Part shown: one piece after another, positions 49,087-58,614 of the stretch
How positions within the stretch are numbered: the first letter of the stretch is position 1
Layout of the letters: the number at the start of each line of letters is the position of its first letter
Origin: Dehalococcoidia bacterium
Lineage (GTDB): Bacteria; Chloroflexota; Dehalococcoidia; Lucifugimonadales; VXLM01
Length of the DNA: 64,000 nt
Assembly (NCBI GenBank): GCA_963662435.1
Contig: OY759598.1
Span: 776,507-840,506 of the forward strand
Direction of reading: 5' to 3'
Notes under the pieces: model-generated
What the model was told of the DNA's origin: nothing
Databases searched by the model: none
What the model saw: the letters and a program-made list of their open reading frames with translations, nothing else
Translations under genes and position numbers: made by a program

Positions 49087-51675
49087 GTGAAGCCGTATCC
49101 AAGGAACCTCAAGAACCTGCTGTTCGCAAACGATGAAGGGAAAAAGGATCCGGTCCTGCTGGCGGTGACGCCGCCGCGAACGGGAGAGCGGACGCTGCTG
49201 GGCGTCGAGAACCTCCTCCAGTCCATTGCGGTGCCGGAGCCATTCTCCCTGGAGTTGGCGGGAGACGCCGACGGCGTGACCCTCATGGCCCGCTGCCTCG
49301 ACGACCAGGTGGTGCGCGGACAGATCGCCGCCCACTACCCTCAGGCCCGCATCCACGAGGTGGGGGTGGAGGACGATCCGCTGCGCCTCGAAGAGGGCGA
49401 GCAGGCGTGGACGATCACCCTGCGGGCCGACGGTCCCGACTACGTGCCGCTGCGGGTCTTCAGAGACGACGACCTGCTCGACACCGGCTCGGACCCTCTC
49501 ATCGCCCTTCTGGGGGCGCTGTCCGACCTGCGTCTCGGAGAGCGCGTCGTTTCGCGGCTGCTGCTGCGCTCCCTCGGCCCAGACTGGTCGCAGGACCATC
49601 TCGAAAAGGCCCACCGGCCGGCTGTTGAGAACAGGCGAGACCCTTCGTACACCTACCAGACGGGGCCGCTCCGGATGGACGGAATCACGATGGCCGTGCT
49701 CGGTGCGGCGGCGCTCGCGGCGATAAGGGCCTACCTCTGGGTGCAGAACGGCGAGGCGTGGAAGGCCGTCCTGATGGGCGCGGGAATAGCACTCGCCCTG
49801 GGGATCGGCGGATGGGCGTGGCACCGCTGGAGAAAGGCGCGTTCCCGCGTCTTCGACCCGCTGCTGATTCGCGAAAAAGTCTCCCGCATCGCCTTCGACG
49901 CCGAGCTTCAGGTCACCGCAGTGCTGCCCCCGGAGGCGGGAGAGAAGCGAGCCGACGAGCTCCTGGAGCGGGTGGCGGCAGCCTACCGCCATTACGATCA
50001 TCCCGCGGGGGCGCGGTTCAAGCTGGGCAAGATGAGTGAGGTCGTCACCGACCCGGCCACGATGCATTCCACCGGTCCCGGCCTCTTCGGTAGCAGGAGC
50101 GTACTGGGTGTTCGAGAGGTCGCCTGCCTGTGGCACCCGCCGGGAGCCGGAGACGAGACGCCCCTAGTCGAGCGCTCTGGGGCCAGGATGCTGATGCCGT
50201 CCGCGCGCGGCGTCCGGGGAGGCGCGCCGGTCGGGCACACGACGGACGGAAGGGCCGGGGAAGTAAAATTCTCCGGCGACCTGCTGCGCCGTCACCACCT
50301 CTACGTCGCACGTACGCGAATGGGCAAGTCCACCCTCATGCACCACGTCGTCGTTCACAAGATGAGGGAGAAGGCGGCGGGCAGAGACGACGACGCCATC
50401 GTCGTCGTCGATCCGCACGCGGACCTCGTGGCTGGTCTGCTCGAGCACGTCCCCGATGAGATCGCCGGCCGCGTTCGCCTCATCGACCTGGCGGACGAGC
50501 GGGGAGCCCCCGGAATCAACCTGCTGGACACCCGGATATTTGCCGACCGCGACCGCACCGCGGACTCCGTGGTGCGCGTGGCGCGGGGACTCTGGGACCA
50601 GTGGGGGCCGAGGATGCAGTCGATTCTCGAACAGACCGTCAAGACCCTCCATGAGGGGAACGAGCGGATGAATGAAGACGAGCAGTACACGATTCTCGAC
50701 GGGCTGAAGCTCCTCTCCGAGGACAGGACTTTCCGCAACGCCGTGCTGGAGAAGGTCTCCGACCCCTACCTGCTTGAGTGGTGGGCCAGGGACTTTTCCT
50801 CGTGGCACCGCCAGTACAGGGCTGAGGCCCTCGCCCCGGTGCAGACCCGCCTCTCGTACTACGCGTCGTCGAAGCGGGCCAGGGCCGTCCTGGGCCAGCG
50901 CCGGTCCACCATCGACATGCGCAAGACCATTCTGGACGGCGACGTGCTCCTCGTCTCCACGGCACAGGGGACGGCGGGTAGGGACGTGGCCGCACTGGTG
51001 GGCGCCTCGCTCCTCAACCTCGTGGACTCCGTGATCCGAGAGCAGGGCGGCCTCTCCCCGGACGAAAGGCGCGGGGCGCTCATCGTCGTCGACGAGATGC
51101 AGTCGATGCCGGGCGTGGACTACGAGTCGATGCTCAGCGAGCTTGGCAAATTCGGGGCGTCGTTCATCCTGGCCACCCAGAGCCTCGCCAAGCTCGACGA
51201 CCTCTCGCGCACCATGCGGGACACCGTCCTCGCCAACGTGGGGTGCCTCGCCGTGTTCCAAGTTGCGGGGAACGACGCCCGGCAGCTGGTGTGGGAGCTG
51301 GGCAAGGACAGGGTGTCCGAGGACGACATCACGTCGCTTCCGGTGCACCACTGCTACGTCCGGGCGACCGTCGGGACCGAGCGGATGCCCGCCTTCTCGA
51401 TGGAGGTCATGAAGCCGGAGCGTGGGAACCCGGAGAAGGCAGCCGGCATCCGGGCGGACGCGGCATCGTATCTGACTGCGGCCAAGGTCATGGCCGCTGG
51501 CGAAGTCGAGTCGGGCAGGCGCGTTGAGGATTTTCGTAATGGGCTGAGCGACCTGAAGGACATGCAGGAGCACTCCCGGGGACAGGACCCTCAACAGGCT
51601 CCCCAAAAGAAGCGGAAGGTACGTACCCGCAACGTCAAGTCTCCCAACACGGAGTCCGGCGGAGAGGTCCAATGA
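49087..51675 (+). CDS. virD4: Type IV coupling protein (VirD4/TraD-like)
   Basis: Two TMs, ARTRMGKS, VDPHADL, VDEMQ, LATQSLAKL. Confidence 0.85.
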   Translation: MKPYPRNLKNLLFANDEGKKDPVLLAVTPPRTGERTLLGVENLLQSIAVPEPFSLELAGDADGVTLMARCLDDQVVRGQIAAHYPQARIHEVGVEDDPLRLEEGEQAWTITLRADGPDYVPLRVFRDDDLLDTGSDPLIALLGALSDLRLGERVVSRLLLRSLGPDWSQDHLEKAHRPAVENRRDPSYTYQTGPLRMDGITMAVLGAAALAAIRAYLWVQNGEAWKAVLMGAGIALALGIGGWAWHRWRKARSRVFDPLLIREKVSRIAFDAELQVTAVLPPEAGEKRADELLERVAAAYRHYDHPAGARFKLGKMSEVVTDPATMHSTGPGLFGSRSVLGVREVACLWHPPGAGDETPLVERSGARMLMPSARGVRGGAPVGHTTDGRAGEVKFSGDLLRRHHLYVARTRMGKSTLMHHVVVHKMREKAAGRDDDAIVVVDPHADLVAGLLEHVPDEIAGRVRLIDLADERGAPGINLLDTRIFADRDRTADSVVRVARGLWDQWGPRMQSILEQTVKTLHEGNERMNEDEQYTILDGLKLLSEDRTFRNAVLEKVSDPYLLEWWARDFSSWHRQYRAEALAPVQTRLSYYASSKRARAVLGQRRSTIDMRKTILDGDVLLVSTAQGTAGRDVAALVGASLLNLVDSVIREQGGLSPDERRGALIVVDEMQSMPGVDYESMLSELGKFGASFILATQSLAKLDDLSRTMRDTVLANVGCLAVFQVAGNDARQLVWELGKDRVSEDDITSLPVHHCYVRATVGTERMPAFSMEVMKPERGNPEKAAGIRADAASYLTAAKVMAAGEVESGRRVEDFRNGLSDLKDMQEHSRGQDPQQAPQKKRKVRTRNVKSPNTESGGEVQ

Positions 51676-53342
51676 ACAACGAAGTTAGGGAACTGACATA
51701 CCTGAGGCATCTGGCCTCCATGCCGTACATTGACCGCCTTGAGCTGGCTGCCGTATCGGGCGCGTCCGACCGCTCGGCCTACGACGCCATGGCGGGTCTT
51801 GAACGCCGGGGACTGGCGTCGTCCGTCCCCCACGCCACCGACCTGCTGAGGTCGACGCGGAGATTTTTTCTCGCGGCCGCGGGACTCCGTCGTCTCGCCG
51901 CCCTGGAAGGCGTCGACCTTGACAGAACACTTCGCACGTACCCGGTGTCCGCCCGTTGGCGGCGCATCCTCATGGTGCGGCTGGACGCCGCGGCGGTCAT
52001 CTACCGGCTTGCGTCCTTCATCGCCGCCGAGCAGGGTCCCATAGGGCTTCGCTGGTATAGGGCCGCCCCTCTCGACGCCGCAATCGAGCTTTCCGGCGGG
52101 AGGACGTTGGGGGTTCTCAGGCAGGGGCTCACGTCGGACAGGACGGGCTTTTCCAAGCGGCTCTGGCGGCTGCGAGAGGGGCCGTTGCCCGGAGCCGTCC
52201 TGATGCTCATGCCCGACGAGGTGCGGCTGATACATGCCCGGAGGGTTCTTGCCGAATCGCACGTGCCGGCCCTGCTCGCCCTGGAGCGGGACGCGGCCTG
52301 GGCCGGTCCCGAAGACCTCGTCTGGCGTGTGCCGTCGGTATCAGCAAACCTCGACCTGCGCTACATCCTCTCCTACGTGGACCGGGCCGGCGGACTATCC
52401 ACCGAGCCCGAACCGCTGCGGGCGACTCTCCCCGAGGACATCAAGGTGGAAGACCCGGAGCAGAAGATCCCGGACTGGATGCTGTCGACTGTGCTGAAGC
52501 CCGTCGAGAAGCGCGTCCTCGACCTGCTCTTCGACTGGCCGGGCATCGCGCCGGGCCACCTGCGGGAACTCTTGGGCGTATCGCGCCCTCGTCTCTACGA
52601 GATCACGGGTCGCCTGACCGATGCCGGACTGGTACGGCGGGTTGCCATCGGAGGCCGGCGTCTGGCTCTCAGCGACCGGGGACTGGCGCTCCTGGCCCGA
52701 AGGGACCGCACCTCAGTAGGCGGGGCGAGAAAGCGATGGAGCGTCGAACCAATCGACCCCTCCGCGTACGTAGGCTGGCGCAACGTCTCGGGCAGAAGAA
52801 GCCGTCAGCTGCTCAGGAACATAGAGCACACCTCGGCCGTTCACGCCTTCATCGCTGTGCTGGTGAAGCAGGCACGCTCCCTGGGCTGGGAGATTGGGCA
52901 GATGGAACCGCCCTTCCGAGCGTCGAGGCACTTCCCATACGGCCACTTGCCCGCGAGGGCGGGAGGCACACGTTCCGTCCATCCCGACGCCTTCGGCGTG
53001 CTGCGCCGGGGCTCGATGACCTGGCCCTTCTTCCTGGAGTGGGAGCGTCGGGCCGTGCGGCCCGCCACGATGGCGAAGCGGATCGCGCCCTATCTTCGCT
53101 ACTACGCCTCCCACCGTCCCACCGACGACCACGGTGTGCAGCCCGTCGTCCTCGTCGTCTTCCAGGACGAGCTTGCGTCCACTCACTTCCTTCGGGTGGC
53201 CCGAGAGGAGATGGACCGCACCCGGGTCGAGGTTCCACTCCGGGTCTCCCACGAGGCCGCACTGGACGGCCCGGGACCTCTGGGGCGCGCGTGGCGTGAG
53301 CCCGGAGACTGGGGGACCGTCCACGCCCTGCCGGCAGTCTGA
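51672..53342 (+). CDS. Replication-relaxation (Replic_Relax) family protein, putative relaxase
   Basis: wHTH segments, EHT...H, HPDAFG...FFLEWER PD-(D/E)xK-like motif; ATGA overlap with virD4. Confidence 0.7.
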   Translation: MNNEVRELTYLRHLASMPYIDRLELAAVSGASDRSAYDAMAGLERRGLASSVPHATDLLRSTRRFFLAAAGLRRLAALEGVDLDRTLRTYPVSARWRRILMVRLDAAAVIYRLASFIAAEQGPIGLRWYRAAPLDAAIELSGGRTLGVLRQGLTSDRTGFSKRLWRLREGPLPGAVLMLMPDEVRLIHARRVLAESHVPALLALERDAAWAGPEDLVWRVPSVSANLDLRYILSYVDRAGGLSTEPEPLRATLPEDIKVEDPEQKIPDWMLSTVLKPVEKRVLDLLFDWPGIAPGHLRELLGVSRPRLYEITGRLTDAGLVRRVAIGGRRLALSDRGLALLARRDRTSVGGARKRWSVEPIDPSAYVGWRNVSGRRSRQLLRNIEHTSAVHAFIAVLVKQARSLGWEIGQMEPPFRASRHFPYGHLPARAGGTRSVHPDAFGVLRRGSMTWPFFLEWERRAVRPATMAKRIAPYLRYYASHRPTDDHGVQPVVLVVFQDELASTHFLRVAREEMDRTRVEVPLRVSHEAALDGPGPLGRAWREPGDWGTVHALPAV

Positions 53343-53370
53343 ACTACGAACCCAATGGAGGTTGCCCTAA

Positions 53371-54129
53371 ATGCGTCTGTACTACATCGACGAGTCCGAA
53401 GGTCCAAGATATTACGTCCGATCCGCCCTGGGGGTCGACGCCGAGATTTGGAACGTCTTCTTCACGAACATCCACGAGTGGAGGCGGGAGCTCCACGAGA
53501 GCTACGGCATTCCGCCGGACAGAGAGCTTCACGCCTGCGACCTGCTTGCGGGAAGGGGGCTGCTCGTCCGCAACGACAATGGCGACGAGAGGCTCACAAA
53601 GCGACAGGGAGCCGAGGTCTTCCTGGAAGGCTTGCGCCGCGTCGAGAACGCGGCACAGGGTATGGGAGGAATTGAGGTCATCAACGTCTGCCTCCACAAG
53701 CCTGATGTGAAAGCGTACGAGCAGGTCAGCCTTGACCGGCTCCTCAACCGCATCAACAATTCGGTCAGGGCCGCAGGCACACACGCCTTCCTCATCTTCG
53801 ACGAAGGCAAGGAGGCGATGATCACGCGTGCCTACCGTAGGCTCAGGATATTCAATCCCGTGCCAAGCAGGTATGAGCTGTGGGAGGAGGGCGAGAGGAC
53901 GAGGAACATCCCCGTGGAGAACGTCATCGGAGACCCCGCCTTCCGCAGTTCGGACGGCGACTACCTGCTGCAGATGGCGGACTTCATCGCGCACGCTCTA
54001 CTCAAGCAGGAGGAGAAGCCCGTGCCCAGAGTCCAGGACCTGGGTATCCGCGAAGCCTTCTCCGTCCTTGACCGCGCTCTCAACCGGAAGGCGTCGCGCC
54101 GGGACCCTCAGGGGATCGTCAGGGGGTGA
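53371..54129 (+). CDS. DUF3800 domain protein (RNase H-like fold)
   Basis: N-terminal YIDES, ELH, IFDEG, C-terminal LQMADFIA (QxAD); GGAGG RBS. Confidence 0.88.
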   Translation: MRLYYIDESEGPRYYVRSALGVDAEIWNVFFTNIHEWRRELHESYGIPPDRELHACDLLAGRGLLVRNDNGDERLTKRQGAEVFLEGLRRVENAAQGMGGIEVINVCLHKPDVKAYEQVSLDRLLNRINNSVRAAGTHAFLIFDEGKEAMITRAYRRLRIFNPVPSRYELWEEGERTRNIPVENVIGDPAFRSSDGDYLLQMADFIAHALLKQEEKPVPRVQDLGIREAFSVLDRALNRKASRRDPQGIVRG

Positions 54130-54157
54130 AGTGGATGTACCTCAGCCCTCGTGAATC

Positions 54158-54383
54158 GACGGACAGTTTCTCCCCAAGATAGGGAAGAAAATCACTGACG
54201 TAGACCGGTTGCGTTGCGGATTAAGTCACTGATCCACGAAGTGTGTAACAGGCATGCACGTGCACGCAGGCAGACAAGGACTTAGACAGCCATCGGTCGC
54301 GCCCCTGAGGGACTCTCAATGGGAGCCCATAAGCTGCCTCCAGACTAGGAAGTGCAGCTTAAGGCAAGGTACTGTCCGTTTTT
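54158..54383 (+). ncRNA. Candidate structured ncRNA downstream of DUF3800
   Basis: Closing helix ACGGACAGT (54159-67)/ACTGTCCGT (54371-79), several nested hairpins, possible pseudoknot, 3' T-run; strand inferred from G-U pairs. Confidence 0.6.
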
Positions 54384-54521
54384 GGGCGCTGTGCGGTCGC
54401 CCGGCAAGGTGATCGCTGTGCGCTGCCGATCAAGGGAAAACGACCATTCTGTGCATGATATAGTCATTTGGTGCTACTCTCAGGCACTAAACACCTAAGT
54501 AAGAACGGAGGACTACCGAAT

Positions 54522-55355
54522 ATGGCCACAGGGGACAGTTCGCTCAAGCCTATGGATCGGCCAATCATAAGAGTGAAGTACGAGGGGCCAGGAGTCGAGG
54601 ACGGGTCTATTGATGCAGGTGCTCTCGTTTCGTCTCTATCGGCCATCCAGGGACTAACTGAGCTTATTCATAGAGATATGAAAGGCTCTTCCGGAGAGGT
54701 GAATGTACGGGTCATATCAACTTTTCGTGGCTCTTTTGGATACGAGGCTGCACTGAACGTCTTAGGTTATGTAGGAGACGCCATAAGTATTGCCATTGGG
54801 GTCGGACAACTGGTTTTGCTAGCTACACGGCGTCGTGACCAGAGGGTGCCTGATGAAGGTGAAGGCGATAGATTTGAAAGGCTGATAAAGGACCCGGCAG
54901 TCCAGCAACACGTTACGAATATCATAGCGCCCCAGCAGGGTCATGGTATAGTCAGGCTTTTGCTGGAGGTAGGCGATGACAGGCTAGTTGCCGAGCGAAA
55001 GATGCTGCCTGATTTGACCAGAGATGTGCCACTAGACTCCGCCCCACGTGCTACAGTTTCTACTGAGAAAGTTACCCTGAGGATCATCTCTGTTGCGTTC
55101 AAACGAAGTAACAAGTGGCGGCTTGAATGGCGAGACGGACAGGAAATCAATGCCCAGATAAAAGATCCTGACTTCTGGGATGCGATCGAGGGGCGGAAGC
55201 GAGACTTTCGATACAATGATCGCCTAGAGTGTGTTTTGGAAGTCACAAGAAGACCAAATGCACGTCGGCAATCACCGCGATACGTCGTTACTAAGGTATA
55301 CAGGATAATCGACCCTGAGGGTCGCCAGTTTCCCATACCTAGAATGCAGAGGTAG
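54522..55355 (+). CDS. Hypothetical protein (lower-GC cargo)
   Basis: GGAGG RBS before ATG 54522; 277-aa ORF. Confidence 0.75.
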   Translation: MATGDSSLKPMDRPIIRVKYEGPGVEDGSIDAGALVSSLSAIQGLTELIHRDMKGSSGEVNVRVISTFRGSFGYEAALNVLGYVGDAISIAIGVGQLVLLATRRRDQRVPDEGEGDRFERLIKDPAVQQHVTNIIAPQQGHGIVRLLLEVGDDRLVAERKMLPDLTRDVPLDSAPRATVSTEKVTLRIISVAFKRSNKWRLEWRDGQEINAQIKDPDFWDAIEGRKRDFRYNDRLECVLEVTRRPNARRQSPRYVVTKVYRIIDPEGRQFPIPRMQR

Positions 55356-55520
55356 TGCATCTTCAGAATGCGTTCAGATTCGTTTTGCGCCCTATGGAGC
55401 GTGCGCGACGCACGGGACTGTGTTGCAGTACCTCCGCTACCGGTTCTGAGGATCCGGCCATCTAACAAATGCTTCTGGGCGGGACAGGCACAGGTCGTCT
55501 GTGGATGTAAGGTCCGACGG

Positions 55521-56183
55521 TCAGCGCAATGCCCTCTCGACGGCTTTCGGCTTCTTTTTGTACCGGCCAACGACTACTGCAGCGTTAGTCTGTGCATCAC
55601 CGTACTGCAAAACGACCACATAGCTGTTGTGGTGTTCTGAACCTCGATCTGGCAGGTCCTCCTGCCTGGCATACCACGATCCGACGGCGATAAGGCGGAT
55701 CACCTGGTTTCGCGTTTCGTCGTGTGTGGTCCGTTCGCTAATCCCGGATCGATACTTGGCTTCCAACAGCACCAACCCCCGGTTCCCAAGCCTTATCAAT
55801 ACGTCGGGTTCGGAGTCTCCCTCCTTTACGGGCCGGCTCGGAGGTGGGGAGAGCTTCGGCCAGAAGAGCAACTCGACGAACGGAACGGCGTCGAGGATCT
55901 GAGAATGCACTGCTTCCGGGAACGATTGGCGCATGAGCTCTCCCAGAACTTGACATTTTAGTGCGACGTCACTCAGCAGCGGGCTGAAGTAGTACCAGGT
56001 GCACGCATCTTCGGAATTCTCGCTGAGGATCCTCGGCAACCCGCTGACCCTCCCTCTTTGGTAGGTCTCAGCCAGCTTGTCGAGCAGCGACGGATGCGCC
56101 GTGTCGGTATGCCGAAGCAAGGGATGAAGCTCCGGACTCGTCCAGACCCTGACCCCGGAGTCGCTTAGCACATAGTCGTCCAT
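55521..56183 (-). CDS. PD-(D/E)xK nuclease-like protein
   Basis: SEDA...SEPDVLI...LLEAKY...NQVIR. Confidence 0.65.
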   Translation of the reverse strand: MDDYVLSDSGVRVWTSPELHPLLRHTDTAHPSLLDKLAETYQRGRVSGLPRILSENSEDACTWYYFSPLLSDVALKCQVLGELMRQSFPEAVHSQILDAVPFVELLFWPKLSPPPSRPVKEGDSEPDVLIRLGNRGLVLLEAKYRSGISERTTHDETRNQVIRLIAVGSWYARQEDLPDRGSEHHNSYVVVLQYGDAQTNAAVVVGRYKKKPKAVERALR

Positions 56184-56549
56184 TTCGAGCTTCCTTGCAT
56201 TGGAGATCAGGCCGTAGCGGCGAGCCGACCGTTAAATCTCCTTCTGCTTTTTGCTTCTGACACTTTGTGGTACGTTAGGTGCCAATCCAACAAAGTCCCG
56301 TCTCTTGTGATTGGTGTCCCTACGCCTCAAAAGGAGAATCTTCTGTTCAGTCTCGGCTAGGAGGCGTCGCGCAGGGACCGACAAAGGTTCGTCGTGGGAT
56401 TAAGAGGGGGAGTCAAATTCCCGACGAATGGGTACTGCGCCAGTCCAATGACGGCTTCGTGTGCAAAAAAAGCCATACGGTCAAATTGCACATGCCGCTT
56501 CGGCATCCCCTTCGAGAGCACAATGGTCTTGCCAACTTCCGATACTGAC

Positions 56550-56783
56550 TTAACCGCGAGAGCCTTCCAAGCGTGACTCACATGCGGGACACTCGGGCGC
56601 ATCGGAGGCCGCTTCGGCCCTACGGGCCAGGCGTCTCATACTCTCCCGATAAAGACGACGCACCTGCTCCTTGTCTGCCTCCGGCAGCTCTTCCCAGGAC
56701 CTCGGCATACCGGGCCCGCGTCTGAACTGCAGATGCATGCGTTCCAGCATCTCTCTATCGCCCGTCTCAATGGAATCTTCCAT
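56550..56783 (-). CDS. Small hypothetical protein with CxxC
   Basis: GAGGAG RBS; CPAC near the C-terminus. Confidence 0.5.
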   Translation of the reverse strand: MEDSIETGDREMLERMHLQFRRGPGMPRSWEELPEADKEQVRRLYRESMRRLARRAEAASDAPECPACESRLEGSRG

Positions 56784-56842
56784 CTCCCGTCTCCTCTTCG
56801 CAATTAGGCAATTTCCTGATGGAGTCAATGATAGGCTTCCAT

Positions 56843-57271
56843 TCACTCTATCCTCATAGGCGCTTGTATCTGGACCATTTCGTCAGGCACACCGAAGTGC
56901 TCCGCCACCTCCCAGACCTCGCTCAGACCCTCCTCCACAGCCTCACCTGCATTCAGGAGAAGTGCACGGGCGAAGTCCTCGGCCTCTCGCTCGAACAGAC
57001 TGCCCAAGCTCGTGTGGTCGCGTATCCACAGGTGGTTGCCGGGATGCAGAAGCCGGTGGCCTATAGCGTGGGCTATTACCCACCGCCGCCACCGGGAATC
57101 GAGCCTCTCGGCCACGCTGATGAAATGACCCATCAACATCTCTTCCTGGATCTTCAGCGGCCACGGCTTTACGACCAACCCCAAGAGATTGGCCACCTCC
57201 TCGGCGTCCACCCGGCCGTGCAGCCCCAGCTTCCGCCGTAGTTTTACGGCCTTCCGTTGCGCACGGTTCAT
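56843..57271 (-). CDS. ImmA/IrrE-like metallopeptidase-fold protein (HAIGH variant)
   Basis: RRWVIAHAIGH...EREAEDFARALL; ATGA-coupled to the XRE repressor. Confidence 0.82.
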   Translation of the reverse strand: MNRAQRKAVKLRRKLGLHGRVDAEEVANLLGLVVKPWPLKIQEEMLMGHFISVAERLDSRWRRWVIAHAIGHRLLHPGNHLWIRDHTSLGSLFEREAEDFARALLLNAGEAVEEGLSEVWEVAEHFGVPDEMVQIQAPMRIE

Positions 57272-57645
57272 CCCTCAACCCTCTTTCTCCGTCTCTGCTC
57301 CCGGACGAACCGGATGAAATCCATGATCGACTCAAGGTCCTCCATGGGTAGGCCCTCTATGGCGTTCCTGAAGGATACGTCGGCCTCCTTCAGTATCTCC
57401 GCCTCCACCACGTCCCTGCCCAGTAGCCAGTCGGTGCTAGTCTCCAAGCGGTGGGCCAGCTCCACCAGATGCTCATGGGTGGGCTTCATCTTTCCCGCCT
57501 CCCACGACCAGACTGCGTGGGGAGTGACTCCCAGCAGCTCGCTCACCTCTTTCTGGGTGAGGCCGACCTTCAACCTCGCCTCTTTGATGCGGGCGCCTAT
57601 GCTCTTCCACCTGTAGCCCCGGTCATCGGTCATCGGTAGATTCAC
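57268..57645 (-). CDS. XRE/ImmR-like repressor
   Basis: IGARIKEAR...LTQKEVS...WEAGKMKP...STDWLLG. Confidence 0.9.
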   Translation of the reverse strand: MNLPMTDDRGYRWKSIGARIKEARLKVGLTQKEVSELLGVTPHAVWSWEAGKMKPTHEHLVELAHRLETSTDWLLGRDVVEAEILKEADVSFRNAIEGLPMEDLESIMDFIRFVREQRRRKRVEG

Positions 57646-57777
57646 TCCTGATCAACAGTCAAAGTTTGGGAATACTGACTCGGTAGGATAGCACAACCGT
57701 TCTTGCGCTTCCATCTGGTTTATGCTTATAATATACCATAATCATTACTTAGTATACGAGAGGCTTTTCAACCCCCC
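57646..57777. promoter_or_regulatory. Divergent AT-rich switch region with sigma70-like promoter on +
   Basis: TTGCGC (57703-08), 18 bp, TATAAT (57727-32), between divergent HTH genes. Confidence 0.55.
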
Positions 57778-58023
57778 ATGAAACGACGGGAACGCATCAT
57801 CGTCCTGCTCAAGAGCCAGGCCCTCTGGGCAAGACTCGACATTCTCGGCCGCTCCCAGAACTGGCTCGCCAGGGAGATCGGGATCAGCCGCGGATACCTG
57901 TCCACGCTGATCAACCAAGGACGCGCCCCTTCGGGACGTATCCGCAGGCGAATGCAGGAGGTTTTGGGAGTCGAGGACTTCGACGAGCTATTCGCACTGG
58001 AGCGCCACGATGATCGCCCGTAA
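57778..58023 (+). CDS. XRE-family HTH protein (Cro-like)
   Basis: SQNWLAREIGISRGYLSTL. Confidence 0.85.
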   Translation: MKRRERIIVLLKSQALWARLDILGRSQNWLAREIGISRGYLSTLINQGRAPSGRIRRRMQEVLGVEDFDELFALERHDDRP

Positions 58024-58369
58024 TTCGCCCCGTCTTCCCGTCTACTCCGGCCGCCCCGTGATCGGTGGCCGTGCCATACCTTACGGCAGCGGCGAGCTCC
58101 CCGACGACTTCGGCAGACGCCTCGTCCGCTTGAAACAGTCCAGCGGCCTCACCTGGTTCGAGTTCTCCGAGGCCATGGGAGTGGAGCTCAAGCAGGTGCT
58201 CAGGTGGCGGAAGGGAACGGAGCCGTGCGGAGGCGCCTACCATTCCCTCGTGCGCCTCGCGGCTTGGATACCTGGAGGTCTAGACATCCTCATGGGAGAG
58301 GATTTTCTGAAACCCATCAGAAAGGAGCGACGATATGCCACGCAAGCGTATACAACTCAGAAGATCTGA
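58010..58369 (+). CDS. HTH protein
   Basis: DFGRRLVRLKQSSGLTW...GV...RWRKG; paralogous to the next ORF. Confidence 0.7.
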   Translation: MIARNSPRLPVYSGRPVIGGRAIPYGSGELPDDFGRRLVRLKQSSGLTWFEFSEAMGVELKQVLRWRKGTEPCGGAYHSLVRLAAWIPGGLDILMGEDFLKPIRKERRYATQAYTTQKI

Positions 58370-58595
58370 GTACACGTTGACCAGCGATTTTGCCGAGGGA
58401 CTGGAGCGCTTCAAGGAAGCATCCGGTTTGTCATGGGCCGAGATAGCCCGTCTTCTCGGCACGAGCGTTCTTAACCTATGGAGATGGAGGAAGCGGGGAG
58501 TCCTGCCGAATATGCGCCACCTGCTCGCCCTCCAGAATCTGGCCGACAGCAAGAACCTCGGCCACCTGCTCCCAAAAGCAAGAGTCCGCGAATAG
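58335..58595 (+). CDS. HTH protein
   Basis: DFAEGLERFKEASGLSWAEIARLLG...RWRKRG; AAGGAG RBS. Confidence 0.75.
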   Translation: MPRKRIQLRRSEYTLTSDFAEGLERFKEASGLSWAEIARLLGTSVLNLWRWRKRGVLPNMRHLLALQNLADSKNLGHLLPKARVRE

Positions 58596-58614
58596 ACATC
58601 GACCTTACGAAGAG

